Source of the DNA: Phapecoctavirus DIJ07P2
DNA length: 64,000 bases
Direction: 5' to 3' (one strand)
Sequence record: OZ035771.1
Positions within the stretch are counted from its first letter, which is position 1; every line of letters starts with the position of its first letter. This document shows positions 29,616 to 39,489 of this stretch, in pieces. The translations under genes and the position numbers were made by a program. The notes beneath the pieces were generated by a model, which ran no database searches, was not told the origin of the DNA, and saw only the letters and a program-made list of their open reading frames with translations.

Positions 29616-30677
29616 ATGGCGAAGCCAATATATTATCCTGACTGGGCTACACAAACTGTAACGCTCCCAGGAACTTTAAACACAAACAAAATTAGACCTA
29701 AAGAAACCATCCGCACAGTTGGTATGGATTATGGTCAAATCATGACTTGCGAAGAAATGAACTGGATTCTTAATAATATCGGTTTATGGATTCGCTATTT
29801 GGTGGATGACTTTCTTCCAACTTTACCTAATACCTACTTGCCTTTAGTGGGAACTAAGATTACAATGGCAGGTGATGCTACTGGTGAGGCTACTTGGAAC
29901 GGTAACAAAGAAGTTACTTTATCTATCCAGGTTCAAGATAACAGTCATAATCACTTGTCGGCAAACATTACGGATGCCACTAGTTCAACAGTAACACCAA
30001 ACGTGTTGGTAAAACGTGATGCGGGTGGTGCTATTTATGGTGGTGATGTTTATGTTAACGGTACTTCCACAACAGATCCTGCAACACTGTTCTTCAAAAA
30101 CTTTGCAGGACAAACAAATGGTGAGATTTCTGCCGAGTATCAAAGCGGAGGTCAGCTTTACATCTATCGTAGAAATCCTAGCACAGGTAGTGTATCGGCA
30201 GGTGTTCGTTTATATGATGCAGGTTATGTTCTAATAGATAATCCAAGATCAAACAGTGGACAAGACACTTCTAACGGAAATGCTTTAGTTCGTTTAGATT
30301 ATCTGAACTCTCGTTTGACTTCCCTTCAGAACACATTGCAGACGAATATTAACACTGTTCAAAACAACTTGAATAATGTTAACAACAACCTCTCTTCTCG
30401 TATAAACAATGTAGAAAGTAATCATCAAAGTCAGATTACAAATAACTACAACTATGCTAACGGAACCTTTGTAAGAGATATTCGTTATACTAGCCAAGGT
30501 GTGTATTATCCACCAGGGAACGAGGTTTCTTGGACTTATATCTGTTCTTCTGGTTATGTTCTTTCTGGTATTATCGTACAGGAAACAGGACGTAGCTCTG
30601 CGGATAACATCGGTGGGGTTTACTTCAAACGCCTCCAGCGCAACGTTAACGGAAACTGGTACGATATTGGAGGCTAA
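29616..30677 (+). CDS. tail fiber protein
   Basis: 353 aa; N/S/T/G-rich; followed immediately by a small chaperone-like gene, the usual fiber-chaperone arrangement. Confidence 0.45.
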   Translation: MAKPIYYPDWATQTVTLPGTLNTNKIRPKETIRTVGMDYGQIMTCEEMNWILNNIGLWIRYLVDDFLPTLPNTYLPLVGTKITMAGDATGEATWNGNKEVTLSIQVQDNSHNHLSANITDATSSTVTPNVLVKRDAGGAIYGGDVYVNGTSTTDPATLFFKNFAGQTNGEISAEYQSGGQLYIYRRNPSTGSVSAGVRLYDAGYVLIDNPRSNSGQDTSNGNALVRLDYLNSRLTSLQNTLQTNINTVQNNLNNVNNNLSSRINNVESNHQSQITNNYNYANGTFVRDIRYTSQGVYYPPGNEVSWTYICSSGYVLSGIIVQETGRSSADNIGGVYFKRLQRNVNGNWYDIGG

Positions 30678-31223
30678 ATGATATTTACAAACTTTAAAAA
30701 ATATATTCCTGAAGACCCTGAACTAAAAGAATTGGTAGAAGCAGAGAACATTCTTTTTCTTCGTTGCGATCAAGGTTACGACTGGTATGATTTACGTAGC
30801 ACAGAATTCAATAACGATAAAATGAAAGTCGTTTTTGATGATCAAAATCGTATTGTGTTTTGGAATACTGATCCTACACTACTTTGCCCTGAAGATCTTT
30901 CTATAGTACAAGTAGACTTTAATATAGATACTTTTGAGGATATTAGGAACAAGGTTCTGGATTTAGAAACCTTAACTCTTAAAGATAAAGAGTATTCCCG
31001 TGAAGAGTTGATGACACAAGCTAGTGCAAAAATTCGCTCTTTACAAGAAACAGCGGTAGCACTTATAACACCTTTACAGTATGCTAAAGATTTAGAAATG
31101 GCTACTGAAGACGAATTAGCTTATCTTAAAAATCTTCAAGTTTATGTAGTTAAACTAAATCGTGTTCCGCTTCAAAAAGACTATCCTTACGCTATAGATT
31201 GGCCTACATTACCGACAGAATAA
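30678..31223 (+). CDS. tail fiber assembly protein (chaperone, positional)
   Basis: 181 aa acidic ORF directly after tail fiber gene; start overlaps fiber stop (TAAATG). Confidence 0.35.
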   Translation: MIFTNFKKYIPEDPELKELVEAENILFLRCDQGYDWYDLRSTEFNNDKMKVVFDDQNRIVFWNTDPTLLCPEDLSIVQVDFNIDTFEDIRNKVLDLETLTLKDKEYSREELMTQASAKIRSLQETAVALITPLQYAKDLEMATEDELAYLKNLQVYVVKLNRVPLQKDYPYAIDWPTLPTE

Positions 31224-31232
31224 GGGATCACT

Positions 31233-31568
31233 ATGGAATTTCAAGAAGCATGGGGACTTGCAAAGGATGCAATAATCCCTTTAATCGGAGTCATCTGGTT
31301 CTTTTTCAAACAAAAAATGGATAAATTCGGCTCTGATCTTGAGGAAATGGAGGAGAAAAGTCGAGAGCTAGAGAAGAAGTTGGTCTTTGTTGAATCAACT
31401 TATGCAACTAAAGCCGAACTTACCCAGATGCTAAATCAAATTAACTCTACATTAATGGCAAATAATAACACCCTTGAGCAAAAAATTGAAAAGATTATGG
31501 ACCTCAAGAATGCGACTATCCAAATGATGCTAGATGACATAGTTAAACGTACACAGAATAAGGGGTAA
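31233..31568 (+). CDS. small membrane-anchored coiled-coil protein
   Basis: 111 aa; N-terminal hydrophobic helix AIIPLIGVIWFFF then E/K-rich coiled coil. Confidence 0.3.
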   Translation: MEFQEAWGLAKDAIIPLIGVIWFFFKQKMDKFGSDLEEMEEKSRELEKKLVFVESTYATKAELTQMLNQINSTLMANNNTLEQKIEKIMDLKNATIQMMLDDIVKRTQNKG

Positions 31569-31571
31569 TTA

Positions 31572-34500
31572 ATGGCAACATTCCCAACATATCCAGCAAC
31601 GTCTCTCGAACAGGGCGTAGACCTGGTTATTTTCTCATCTAACCAACTCCATGATGTTATTAATGGAAGTGCTACAGAGAGTATTGAAACAGAATCAGGG
31701 TTGATACCAACCCTGAGAAAAGCCCTTGTTGACAACTTTTTCTTTAAAAGCCCATTGGATTGGGCGCAAGGCACAAACGAAACAGTTTTTAACCAACTTC
31801 GTTATTTCCAGAATGGAGTGTTGAGTGGTTATTACTATGCGCCTAATGCTACACTGGTAAACCCAATTCCTATGCAAGGGACTCCAGTAGGAGATAACAA
31901 CTGGGTATTGTGGGGACTGAAGACAGAACAACTAGCAACAGAAGTCACCCCTTGGGTATATTCTGGTGCAACTGGTTATGAAACAGTAATCAGTCCTCCT
32001 TACATCTTTGATAGTGCTATTGTTACGATCAATGGTGTTATTCAGGTTCTGGGGGAAGCTTTCCGTATAGAAGATAGTAAGATCATCTTATCTGAACCTT
32101 TGGGACACGATCCTGCAACAGGGCTGCCAAACAAGCTTTTTGCTTATATTGGTAAAATCGTAGCTTCAGCAGATACAGATCCTAATCTAGAGAACCGTCT
32201 TGTTAGTTTAGAAACAAAAACGGAAGAACTAACAGAAAGCATGGATAAAGTCCCTCTGCAAACTATTGCTCGTAAATATGGTTTGTTAGATGATGAGGTG
32301 GCTTACGCAACAGCAGGTCAATCGTTAACAGGGATTAAAGCTCTGTATGATCCAGTAGCACAGTCTTCCTACACATTACCTCCTAACATCGCAGGAACTT
32401 TAACATCCTTGTCTGTTTCTGGAGTAATGACTTATTCTGGGGGGTCTGTAGATCTTTCTGCACTAGCTGTTGAACGTGGACAGTTTGTTCATTTGCCTAC
32501 AAGCTTTGGTAATAACGTAACTCTGACAGCTAAAAATCAGACGATTGGACGTGGTGCTGGTCGTTATCGTTGGGCTGGAAGTTTACCAAAAAGTATTTTG
32601 GCCTCTGATACATTGGAGACAAGCGGTGGATTAGGTCCAAATGCATGGGTTCTGACCAATACAGAAGGACTGTTAACCCCTCGTGGTGGAACATACAACG
32701 ATTTATTCGATGTTGTCTACTTGTCAGAATTTGCTAACAACACAACAACATATACCACACCAGAAGCGGCTTTCCAAGCGGCACTGTTAGCAGCAAAAGC
32801 TTCGAAAAGCAAGATTCTCGATGCTTACGGTTGCGATATGACTTTCACGACAAGCTCTTTTGATATTCAAGGTATCACTTTGCGTGGGGGTGTGTTCCGT
32901 GGTCAACGCGACTATCGTGTGCAAAATGCTACAGTAGAAGGCACAACTTTCCGTAACTCTCGTGTTATGTATTGGGGTGGTGCTGTGCGCATGTTCGATT
33001 GTTTGTGGGACGGTGCTCCTCGCGCAGGTCAAGTTGGTAGCTTGGTATTCCAAGGCAACCCAATATCAGGTACTTTTGAAATTGATAATTGTACTTTTAA
33101 AAATGGGTTATATGGCATCCTTCAACAAGGAACAGGGAAACCAGTAACACGCGGTGTCTTCCGTAACCTTACCTTCATGGATATGCAAGGTGATGCAATA
33201 GAACTGAACGTCATCAATAAACATTACGATGATGGTTGTGTGATTGAGAATATTTACCTGTCTAATATCGATGGGACTAACGCTCCTATTCCTCTGTCCA
33301 ACTGGGGTATCGGTATCGGTGTAGCTGGTAAAGGACCATATGGTTACGGAATCCCTGATGATCAATATTGCAAGAATATTACAATTCGTAACGTTTTTGC
33401 AAAACGTTGCCGTCAGATTGTCCACGTAGAAGTTGGTCGTAATATTTCTATCGAAAACATTCATGGCGATCCAGATCAAACCGTATCTGTTGGGACAGGT
33501 TTGGCAACTGGCGCAGTTGTAATGTATGGAAGTAAAGATTTTACGATTGACGGTGTTTATGGAGAGCCTAAAACAGACGGTAGCACACTTGCAAGTAATA
33601 TCCGTATGATTTATTTGGAGTGGGGAACTAACGCAGTTCTGGACGAAGAGGGTAATCCGGTAGTTCCGGCACAGGGCAGACCTTCAAACCCATGCTTTAA
33701 CTATTCTGTTCGTAACATTCACACCAAAACTGGGCGTGTTTTTGCAGGAGTTTCCGCTGGGCCAGGCTATGAAAACAGAGTCAGCTTTGAGAATATCCGT
33801 TGTGCTGCGTTGCAGTTGTTCGGTGTAGCTTCTTGGCTTTCAATGTCTAACATCACCTGTAATATCTTTGATTGTGTTGGTCAACCTGAATCTGGTCCAG
33901 GAACATTTTATGACGGATTCTTCCGTAGAGAAAAATCTGTTCTTGAGATGGTTAACGTAAACTGTTACCCAGATGGCAAGACGATGGTTACTGGTCGTCC
34001 ACAGTGGAGCCGTTGCCGTTACTCGGATATTCATCGTGTCAACTGTAATGTTGAAGCTAATATGTATACCAATATCGCAGGTGGTATTGGAGCTATTGTA
34101 GGGACAACGGGCAAAGTTTATTACTTAGAGCCTAATCCTAGTCGAAACATTGATGGAATGCATTTCCCAACAGGGAAAGAGTTTGACAAAGGTGATATGA
34201 TAGTCAAAGCGGATAATACGTTCTTCCTTGTAACAACAAGTGGGGCATATATTCCAGATATCCCAGCTTTCGGTATTCGAGCTACACAGGCAGGAGATAC
34301 CTTCCTGACACAGAACTTGACTCCTAACGGGACAGCAACAAATGCTTCTTGGTTGTATCATTACCCTCTGTCAGCAGGGACACGTATCCGTATTCCTGGT
34401 GCTGGCGTAGGTGGAGCAGATTTGGACACAGTTATTACTCGTGCACCTTATCAAGATAATGATACGTGGACTAACCCAGTTAAAATAGACATTGCAGATC

Positions 34501-34625
34501 CAATTGTAACGCCTACAAGTGCTGGAGTTAGAATTAAAACCATACCTAATGATTCCAGTAATGTTTCTGTAGGTAATACTGCGGTTATTCGCCCAACGCC
34601 AGTAGTAGATGTGCCAACAACCTAA
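31572..34625 (+). CDS. tailspike protein with right-handed beta-helix-like central domain
   Basis: 1017 aa; N-terminal anchor-like region; central region with periodic N/G/V/I repeats (NITIRNVFAKRCRQIVHVEVGRNISIENIHG) typical of beta-helix depolymerases. Confidence 0.5.
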   Translation: MATFPTYPATSLEQGVDLVIFSSNQLHDVINGSATESIETESGLIPTLRKALVDNFFFKSPLDWAQGTNETVFNQLRYFQNGVLSGYYYAPNATLVNPIPMQGTPVGDNNWVLWGLKTEQLATEVTPWVYSGATGYETVISPPYIFDSAIVTINGVIQVLGEAFRIEDSKIILSEPLGHDPATGLPNKLFAYIGKIVASADTDPNLENRLVSLETKTEELTESMDKVPLQTIARKYGLLDDEVAYATAGQSLTGIKALYDPVAQSSYTLPPNIAGTLTSLSVSGVMTYSGGSVDLSALAVERGQFVHLPTSFGNNVTLTAKNQTIGRGAGRYRWAGSLPKSILASDTLETSGGLGPNAWVLTNTEGLLTPRGGTYNDLFDVVYLSEFANNTTTYTTPEAAFQAALLAAKASKSKILDAYGCDMTFTTSSFDIQGITLRGGVFRGQRDYRVQNATVEGTTFRNSRVMYWGGAVRMFDCLWDGAPRAGQVGSLVFQGNPISGTFEIDNCTFKNGLYGILQQGTGKPVTRGVFRNLTFMDMQGDAIELNVINKHYDDGCVIENIYLSNIDGTNAPIPLSNWGIGIGVAGKGPYGYGIPDDQYCKNITIRNVFAKRCRQIVHVEVGRNISIENIHGDPDQTVSVGTGLATGAVVMYGSKDFTIDGVYGEPKTDGSTLASNIRMIYLEWGTNAVLDEEGNPVVPAQGRPSNPCFNYSVRNIHTKTGRVFAGVSAGPGYENRVSFENIRCAALQLFGVASWLSMSNITCNIFDCVGQPESGPGTFYDGFFRREKSVLEMVNVNCYPDGKTMVTGRPQWSRCRYSDIHRVNCNVEANMYTNIAGGIGAIVGTTGKVYYLEPNPSRNIDGMHFPTGKEFDKGDMIVKADNTFFLVTTSGAYIPDIPAFGIRATQAGDTFLTQNLTPNGTATNASWLYHYPLSAGTRIRIPGAGVGGADLDTVITRAPYQDNDTWTNPVKIDIADPIVTPTSAGVRIKTIPNDSSNVSVGNTAVIRPTPVVDVPTT

Positions 34626-34630
34626 TGGAG

Positions 34631-34656
34631 TAGAGGGGGATTCCCCCTCTTCTTCC
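34631..34656 (+). terminator. stem-loop / weak terminator after tailspike gene
   Basis: AGAGGGGG-ATT-CCCCCTCT perfect 8 bp stem followed by TCTTCC. Confidence 0.4.
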
Positions 34657-34686
34657 AATAGAATGGTCTAATGATAGGAGAGATAA

Positions 34687-36711
34687 ATGAATTTAACAAG
34701 ACCTAATAGTGCGATAGCCGATCTGGTAGAAGCTACTTATCGAAAACGTCGCAGCTTTGAGGCAGGTTTTACATTACGTAATTCCCGTGAAGTTTTGCTG
34801 TTAGCAGCAGAAGGGAATTATTACCAATGGAAAGGAACTTTTCCTAAAGTAGTTCCAGCAAACTCTACGCCAGCCACCACAGGTGGTATTTCTTCCCTTG
34901 CATGGCAAAGTGTTGGGACCGCTGATGATATAGCAATTATCAATGCCAAGTTTACGGCAATGCAGCAACAGATTGATGATCTGTCGGAAACAATACCTGA
35001 AGCTGGTAAATCGGCTTATCAGATCGCACTTGATAATGGTTTTGTTGGAACAGAAGCACAATGGCTTGCTTCTTTGAAAGGGGATACTGGTGCTCAACTT
35101 AATATTAAAGGATCATTAGCAAGCACTAGTGAACTACCATCTACAGGTAACGTAGCAGGTGATGGTTATATTGTAGGAGATGTAATCTACGCGTGGGATG
35201 GGGCTGTTTGGAAACTTATTTCTTCTCTTGGACCAGAAGGGAAATCAGCTTACGAGGTATGGTTGGCAGAGGGTAATACAGGATCTGTTTATGACTTTCT
35301 TGCCTCTATAAAAGGTGATAAAGGAGACGTTGGTCCTACAGGTCCACAGGGTGCACCTGGTGTCAACGCTAATGGTTTTGATTACCGTGGAGATTTGCCT
35401 TCTACAAGTAACTTACCACAACCTAACTCTGAAAACGTAAGCCAAGCTTATTCTATTAATGGTAATCTTTATGTCTCTAATGGGACAGCTTGGGTCAACA
35501 TGGGTAATATTGTTGGTCCTCAAGGTCCACAAGGTGAGGCAGGTAAAGACGGTCTAGATGGAACAGATGGAGACGAAGGGAAATCTGCATATCGAAGTTG
35601 GCTGGACGCTGGTAATGAAGGGACAGAAGTAGATTTTATTGCCTCGCTTAAAGGTCCAAAAGGAGACAAGGGAGAGCAAGGAGAACGAGGACCACAAGGC
35701 GAATTAGGTCCACAAGGACCAGTGGGTGCAACAGGATCAGGTTTAGAGATTATCGGGGTTCTGAACAGCGAAGCTGAACTTCCTCCGACTGGAGAAGTAG
35801 GTGATGCATATAAAATTAATAATGATTTGTATGTTTGGGTTCAAGATGCTACAGAATGGATGAATGTTGGCAGTCTTGGAGGAACATCAATTACAGCCAA
35901 AGGTCATGTTCCGAACAGCGAGGCTCTCCCTGTTTATAATAACTATGGTGATGCCTACTTAACTGAAGACACTAGTAATCTTTACATCTATACCTACGAT
36001 CAAGACACCAATTCCGCATCTTTTGTTGACATGGGAAGTATTAAAGGTGACAAAGGTGAAAAAGGGGATAAAGGAGATAAGGGTGATCCTGGAACAAACG
36101 GAACCAACGGTACTGATGGGACCAACGGTAAGGACGGCGCACAGTGGTTTGTAGCAACAACTAATCCAGTCGCAGGAGATGGTGTTATCAATGATTACGC
36201 CTTCAATACTACCACTGGGGCAGTGTTTAAGAAAACGGACTCTTCTACGTGGACACTTATAGGAACTCTTCCTAGTATACCAGAAGCTCCTCAAGACGGG
36301 TTGACTTATGGTCGCTCTGATGGAGACTGGATAGAAATATCGGGGTCAGATCCTACGGAAGCTATAACACCAACTAGAGTTACAGCAGGTTTCATGGAAC
36401 TTGAAACAACTACTGCCAACTCTGGAGCATCTTGGACTCCTTCTGGAACTTCCAATATGTATGTTGTTACAGTAACTGACGCTTTGACAGTTGGAGCATG
36501 GCCTGGTGTTACGAGTTCTACAAAACCTAAAGCATTTTCAGCAATGATTTATTTGATTCAAGATACAACGGGACACACGGTTACACTAGATGCGTCTTAT
36601 GGAGCACTGAATGATACAGAAATAGCAACTACTGCTAACGCAGTAACAATTTTGCAATTAACGTATCCTGGTGTGGGTGATATCGTGGACATGGTTGTTG
36701 TAACACGATAG
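34687..36711 (+). CDS. tail fiber protein with collagen-like Gly-X-Y repeats
   Basis: 674 aa; several G-X-Y runs (GDKGDVGPTGPQGAPG; GPQGPQGEAGKDGLDGTDGDEG; KGPKGDKGEQGERGPQGELGPQGPVGATG; KGDKGEKGDKGDKGDPGTNGTNGTDGTNGKDG) and a thrice-repeated GKSAY...WL...F.ASLKG motif. Confidence 0.6.
   Translation: MNLTRPNSAIADLVEATYRKRRSFEAGFTLRNSREVLLLAAEGNYYQWKGTFPKVVPANSTPATTGGISSLAWQSVGTADDIAIINAKFTAMQQQIDDLSETIPEAGKSAYQIALDNGFVGTEAQWLASLKGDTGAQLNIKGSLASTSELPSTGNVAGDGYIVGDVIYAWDGAVWKLISSLGPEGKSAYEVWLAEGNTGSVYDFLASIKGDKGDVGPTGPQGAPGVNANGFDYRGDLPSTSNLPQPNSENVSQAYSINGNLYVSNGTAWVNMGNIVGPQGPQGEAGKDGLDGTDGDEGKSAYRSWLDAGNEGTEVDFIASLKGPKGDKGEQGERGPQGELGPQGPVGATGSGLEIIGVLNSEAELPPTGEVGDAYKINNDLYVWVQDATEWMNVGSLGGTSITAKGHVPNSEALPVYNNYGDAYLTEDTSNLYIYTYDQDTNSASFVDMGSIKGDKGEKGDKGDKGDPGTNGTNGTDGTNGKDGAQWFVATTNPVAGDGVINDYAFNTTTGAVFKKTDSSTWTLIGTLPSIPEAPQDGLTYGRSDGDWIEISGSDPTEAITPTRVTAGFMELETTTANSGASWTPSGTSNMYVVTVTDALTVGAWPGVTSSTKPKAFSAMIYLIQDTTGHTVTLDASYGALNDTEIATTANAVTILQLTYPGVGDIVDMVVVTR
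35311..36140 (+). repeat. collagen-like G-X-Y triplet repeat region (discontinuous) within tail fiber gene
   Basis: Repeated GGN-NNN-NNN codon periodicity encoding Gly-X-Y runs; approximate boundaries. Confidence 0.5.
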
Positions 36712-36713
36712 TA

Positions 36714-36740
36714 GAAGCCCCGAAAGGGGCTTTCTTTTTA
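36714..36740 (+). terminator. rho-independent terminator after collagen-like fiber gene
   Basis: GAAGCCCC-GAAA-GGGGCTT stem-loop followed by TCTTTTTA. Confidence 0.65.
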
Positions 36741-36752
36741 TGGAGGGTTTAA

Positions 36753-39425
36753 ATGTTTCCAATTCCAATATTTACTATTATGACCAGCACTGGTGTCGTT
36801 CCTCTGCCAGCGGGTATTGTTAAAAAAGTAATCACTTTAGATTACCCAGACAATGCTGGTAATTCTAACAGCAGTTTAGCAATTTTGCTTAACGATGGTA
36901 GATTGTTTACTCAAGGTGCAAACCTTTTTGGTGAGATTGCAGATGGAACTCGTAGTGCACGATGCAACAATTTCTACTTAGCTTCTACTGTAGTAGCAGA
37001 TGTGTTTACCGCAGATCGTTGTTTTGTTATTAAAACTAACAGTGGGGGATGGCAATATTCAGGACTGACAGCAGGGTTAGTAGGATCTATAGCAGCAGGT
37101 GGTACGGATGCATGTGTAACTACTTGGACCAGCTTTCCATCTGTAATAACAGGGACTATCTCTTTAGCCAATCTTAAAGAGGTTAAGGGAGGATATAACA
37201 ACACTCTCTGGTTAATGAATAGTGGTGTTCTTTATGGATCGGGTCAAAACACAGTAGGCAGTTTAGGTGCAAGCACTACTAACGAAGTTTCTACTCCTCG
37301 TCAGATAACAAGCGCAGCAGTTGCTTTTGATGCAGGTTACAACCAATGCTCTTATGTCAACAATGTGGGAACCTTGCGTGTTTGTGGAGCTAGTAAAGGT
37401 TTAGCAGGTAATAATAACACAACAAAAGCTTTTGTAAATGCTACGATATCCACTACTGAAACAGTGTATGTCAAAGATTACATCAATACCGTTTCCCAGA
37501 CAATAGTTGTAGGAGATACCTCCGGTGGAACTGGTACAACAAACTACCTTTATGTTAGATCTAATACAGAAACAACCTACACTAAGCTGGATACCTTTGC
37601 AGCAGGTTTCTCAACATGGAAGTTTCCACCGAGCCGTCACTCTTTTTTCGTTGGGATTAATAATTCCTTGTGGGCTATCGGTAAGAACTATACGGCAAAC
37701 TTAGGTCTGGGGTATGATTCTGCGAGCGGAGATCCACTCCAAGTGGGAAAACCAGTTAAACCTGAAGGAGTGGGTTCCTGGGATATAAACAAGCTCACAA
37801 GCGTTCATACGCTGAATATGGATGTTACTAACCAATTAGGTTATCAAGGAACATTTTTCGTTTATAATGGAAGTATGTATTATTCCGGTATTTGGAAAGA
37901 TGGGAAAGCGTCATATCTGTTCAATAGCGGTCTAAACTATAATAAATTCACACCAATAGCAAGCTCCGTGATTACGGGTGATGTGCTGGCAACTAGCTTA
38001 ACTACAGATTCTTTAGGAATTTGTATTGTAGGTGGAACTAAACAGTTGACACATTCTGTTAGCCCAGAAGGAGGTAAACTTTTCAATATTAAATACACTT
38101 CTTCTGCCCCTGCAAACATGACAATATCATCTACTGGCTTAATGACTTTCCAAGCAGAAGGTGGTTTTGATGCAGGTATGACAGCCTTAAACGCTGAAGG
38201 AACAACTCTATCAGATATCTCTGGAGGATATGCTTCAACATTGAGCGTTTACACCCCTAGCTTATCTGCGATGGATGTAGGAACAACACAAACAATGGTA
38301 GCAGAAATAACGCCAACAGGAGCAGCAAGCTTACCTGGTATGGTTGTTGAGTATACAACTACAGATCCTAGTGTTGCTACAGTAGATCCTACAACTGGCG
38401 TAATAACTGGAGTTGGTGATGGTGGTTGTAGAATTGGTTGCACAGCTACGTATCAAGGTGTTGTTACCGCTTCTGATAGTTCTTATTTAACGGTGAACGC
38501 TGTTGCGGGAAAGGAGTTAGCTCCATCTCCGAGTAGTAGTTTAACGGTTCTAAACGGATATTTCAACCACTCGGCAGATGGGGCGATTACGTTCCCAACT
38601 TTATCGGGTACTGTTACACCAGCTAACTTTGTAGTTAAGGTGGATGACGTTGTAGTTCCTTCAAGTAAAGTAATATTTAGAAATAAAGCTTTCTCTACAG
38701 TGGATAGTTATCCAGCAGGAGAATATAGACTGGCTATTGAATTTGCAAGTGCTTCTGTAGTTAATAATGTTGAGGTATCTATGGAAGCAAATCCAGATCT
38801 TTTAGAATTGTGGGGCGGCAACAGGATTGGTTATTCTACAAGCCCAGCCTCACAGTTCTTAAAAGGTTGTGCTAACTTAAGACGAATAACCTCTGATTGT
38901 TTTAGTAACACATCTTACACCGGAACGTCTATAAGTGGTATTTTCTCTGGCTGCACAAGTTTGACAGCTATCCCTGAAGGATTATTCAGCGATACTTTAT
39001 TTCCTTCGATGACAACAATGTCAAGCACGTTTGAAGGTTGTACGTCTTTAACATCTATTCCTTCTGATTTATTTAAAAATTTATCAAAAGTTACAAGATA
39101 CTCTTACACCTTTAAAAATTGCACCTCTCTTGCAGAAGTTCCAGCCGGAATGTTTGACAATATTCCAACGAAAGTAACCTCTTTAACAGCTACGTTCCAA
39201 GGTTGTTTAGCACTTACAGATTTTAATAAAATCTTTAATGACAACCCAGGGTTAACGGTTTGTGGTCAACGTGGAGCATTGTCTTCTTTCTTTAGTGGAT
39301 GCACAAATCTTACAGGAACAGGAGTAACATTAACAAGCACATTAGGTGGAGCAGCTAATAGTTACCTATTCAGGTATTGCACAAAACTTTCTGATTATAA
39401 CAACATTCCTTCGGGTTATAAATAA
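36753..39425 (+). CDS. tail fiber/adhesin with Ig-like (BIG2-type) domain and C-terminal BspA-type leucine-rich repeats
   Basis: 890 aa; Ig-like segment (MVAEITPTGAASLPGMVVEYTTTDPSVATVDPTTGVITGVGDGG); C-terminal repeats of the form F.GCTSLT.IP...F (GCTSLTAIPEGLF, GCTSLTSIPSDLF, NCTSLAEVPAGMF, GCLALTDF, GCTNLTG). Confidence 0.5.
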   Translation: MFPIPIFTIMTSTGVVPLPAGIVKKVITLDYPDNAGNSNSSLAILLNDGRLFTQGANLFGEIADGTRSARCNNFYLASTVVADVFTADRCFVIKTNSGGWQYSGLTAGLVGSIAAGGTDACVTTWTSFPSVITGTISLANLKEVKGGYNNTLWLMNSGVLYGSGQNTVGSLGASTTNEVSTPRQITSAAVAFDAGYNQCSYVNNVGTLRVCGASKGLAGNNNTTKAFVNATISTTETVYVKDYINTVSQTIVVGDTSGGTGTTNYLYVRSNTETTYTKLDTFAAGFSTWKFPPSRHSFFVGINNSLWAIGKNYTANLGLGYDSASGDPLQVGKPVKPEGVGSWDINKLTSVHTLNMDVTNQLGYQGTFFVYNGSMYYSGIWKDGKASYLFNSGLNYNKFTPIASSVITGDVLATSLTTDSLGICIVGGTKQLTHSVSPEGGKLFNIKYTSSAPANMTISSTGLMTFQAEGGFDAGMTALNAEGTTLSDISGGYASTLSVYTPSLSAMDVGTTQTMVAEITPTGAASLPGMVVEYTTTDPSVATVDPTTGVITGVGDGGCRIGCTATYQGVVTASDSSYLTVNAVAGKELAPSPSSSLTVLNGYFNHSADGAITFPTLSGTVTPANFVVKVDDVVVPSSKVIFRNKAFSTVDSYPAGEYRLAIEFASASVVNNVEVSMEANPDLLELWGGNRIGYSTSPASQFLKGCANLRRITSDCFSNTSYTGTSISGIFSGCTSLTAIPEGLFSDTLFPSMTTMSSTFEGCTSLTSIPSDLFKNLSKVTRYSYTFKNCTSLAEVPAGMFDNIPTKVTSLTATFQGCLALTDFNKIFNDNPGLTVCGQRGALSSFFSGCTNLTGTGVTLTSTLGGAANSYLFRYCTKLSDYNNIPSGYK

Positions 39426-39457
39426 GAAAAGGAGCCATTTGGCTCCTTTCTTTTATT
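39424..39457. terminator. bidirectional terminator between convergent structural and replication modules
   Basis: AGGAGCCA-TT-TGGCTCCT hairpin flanked by A-run (AAGAAAA) and T-run (TTCTTTTATT); lies between the plus gene ending at 39425 and the minus gene ending at 39490. Confidence 0.6.
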
Positions 39458-39489
39458 CAGCGTTCAACCTCATACACTTGAAACAAACC

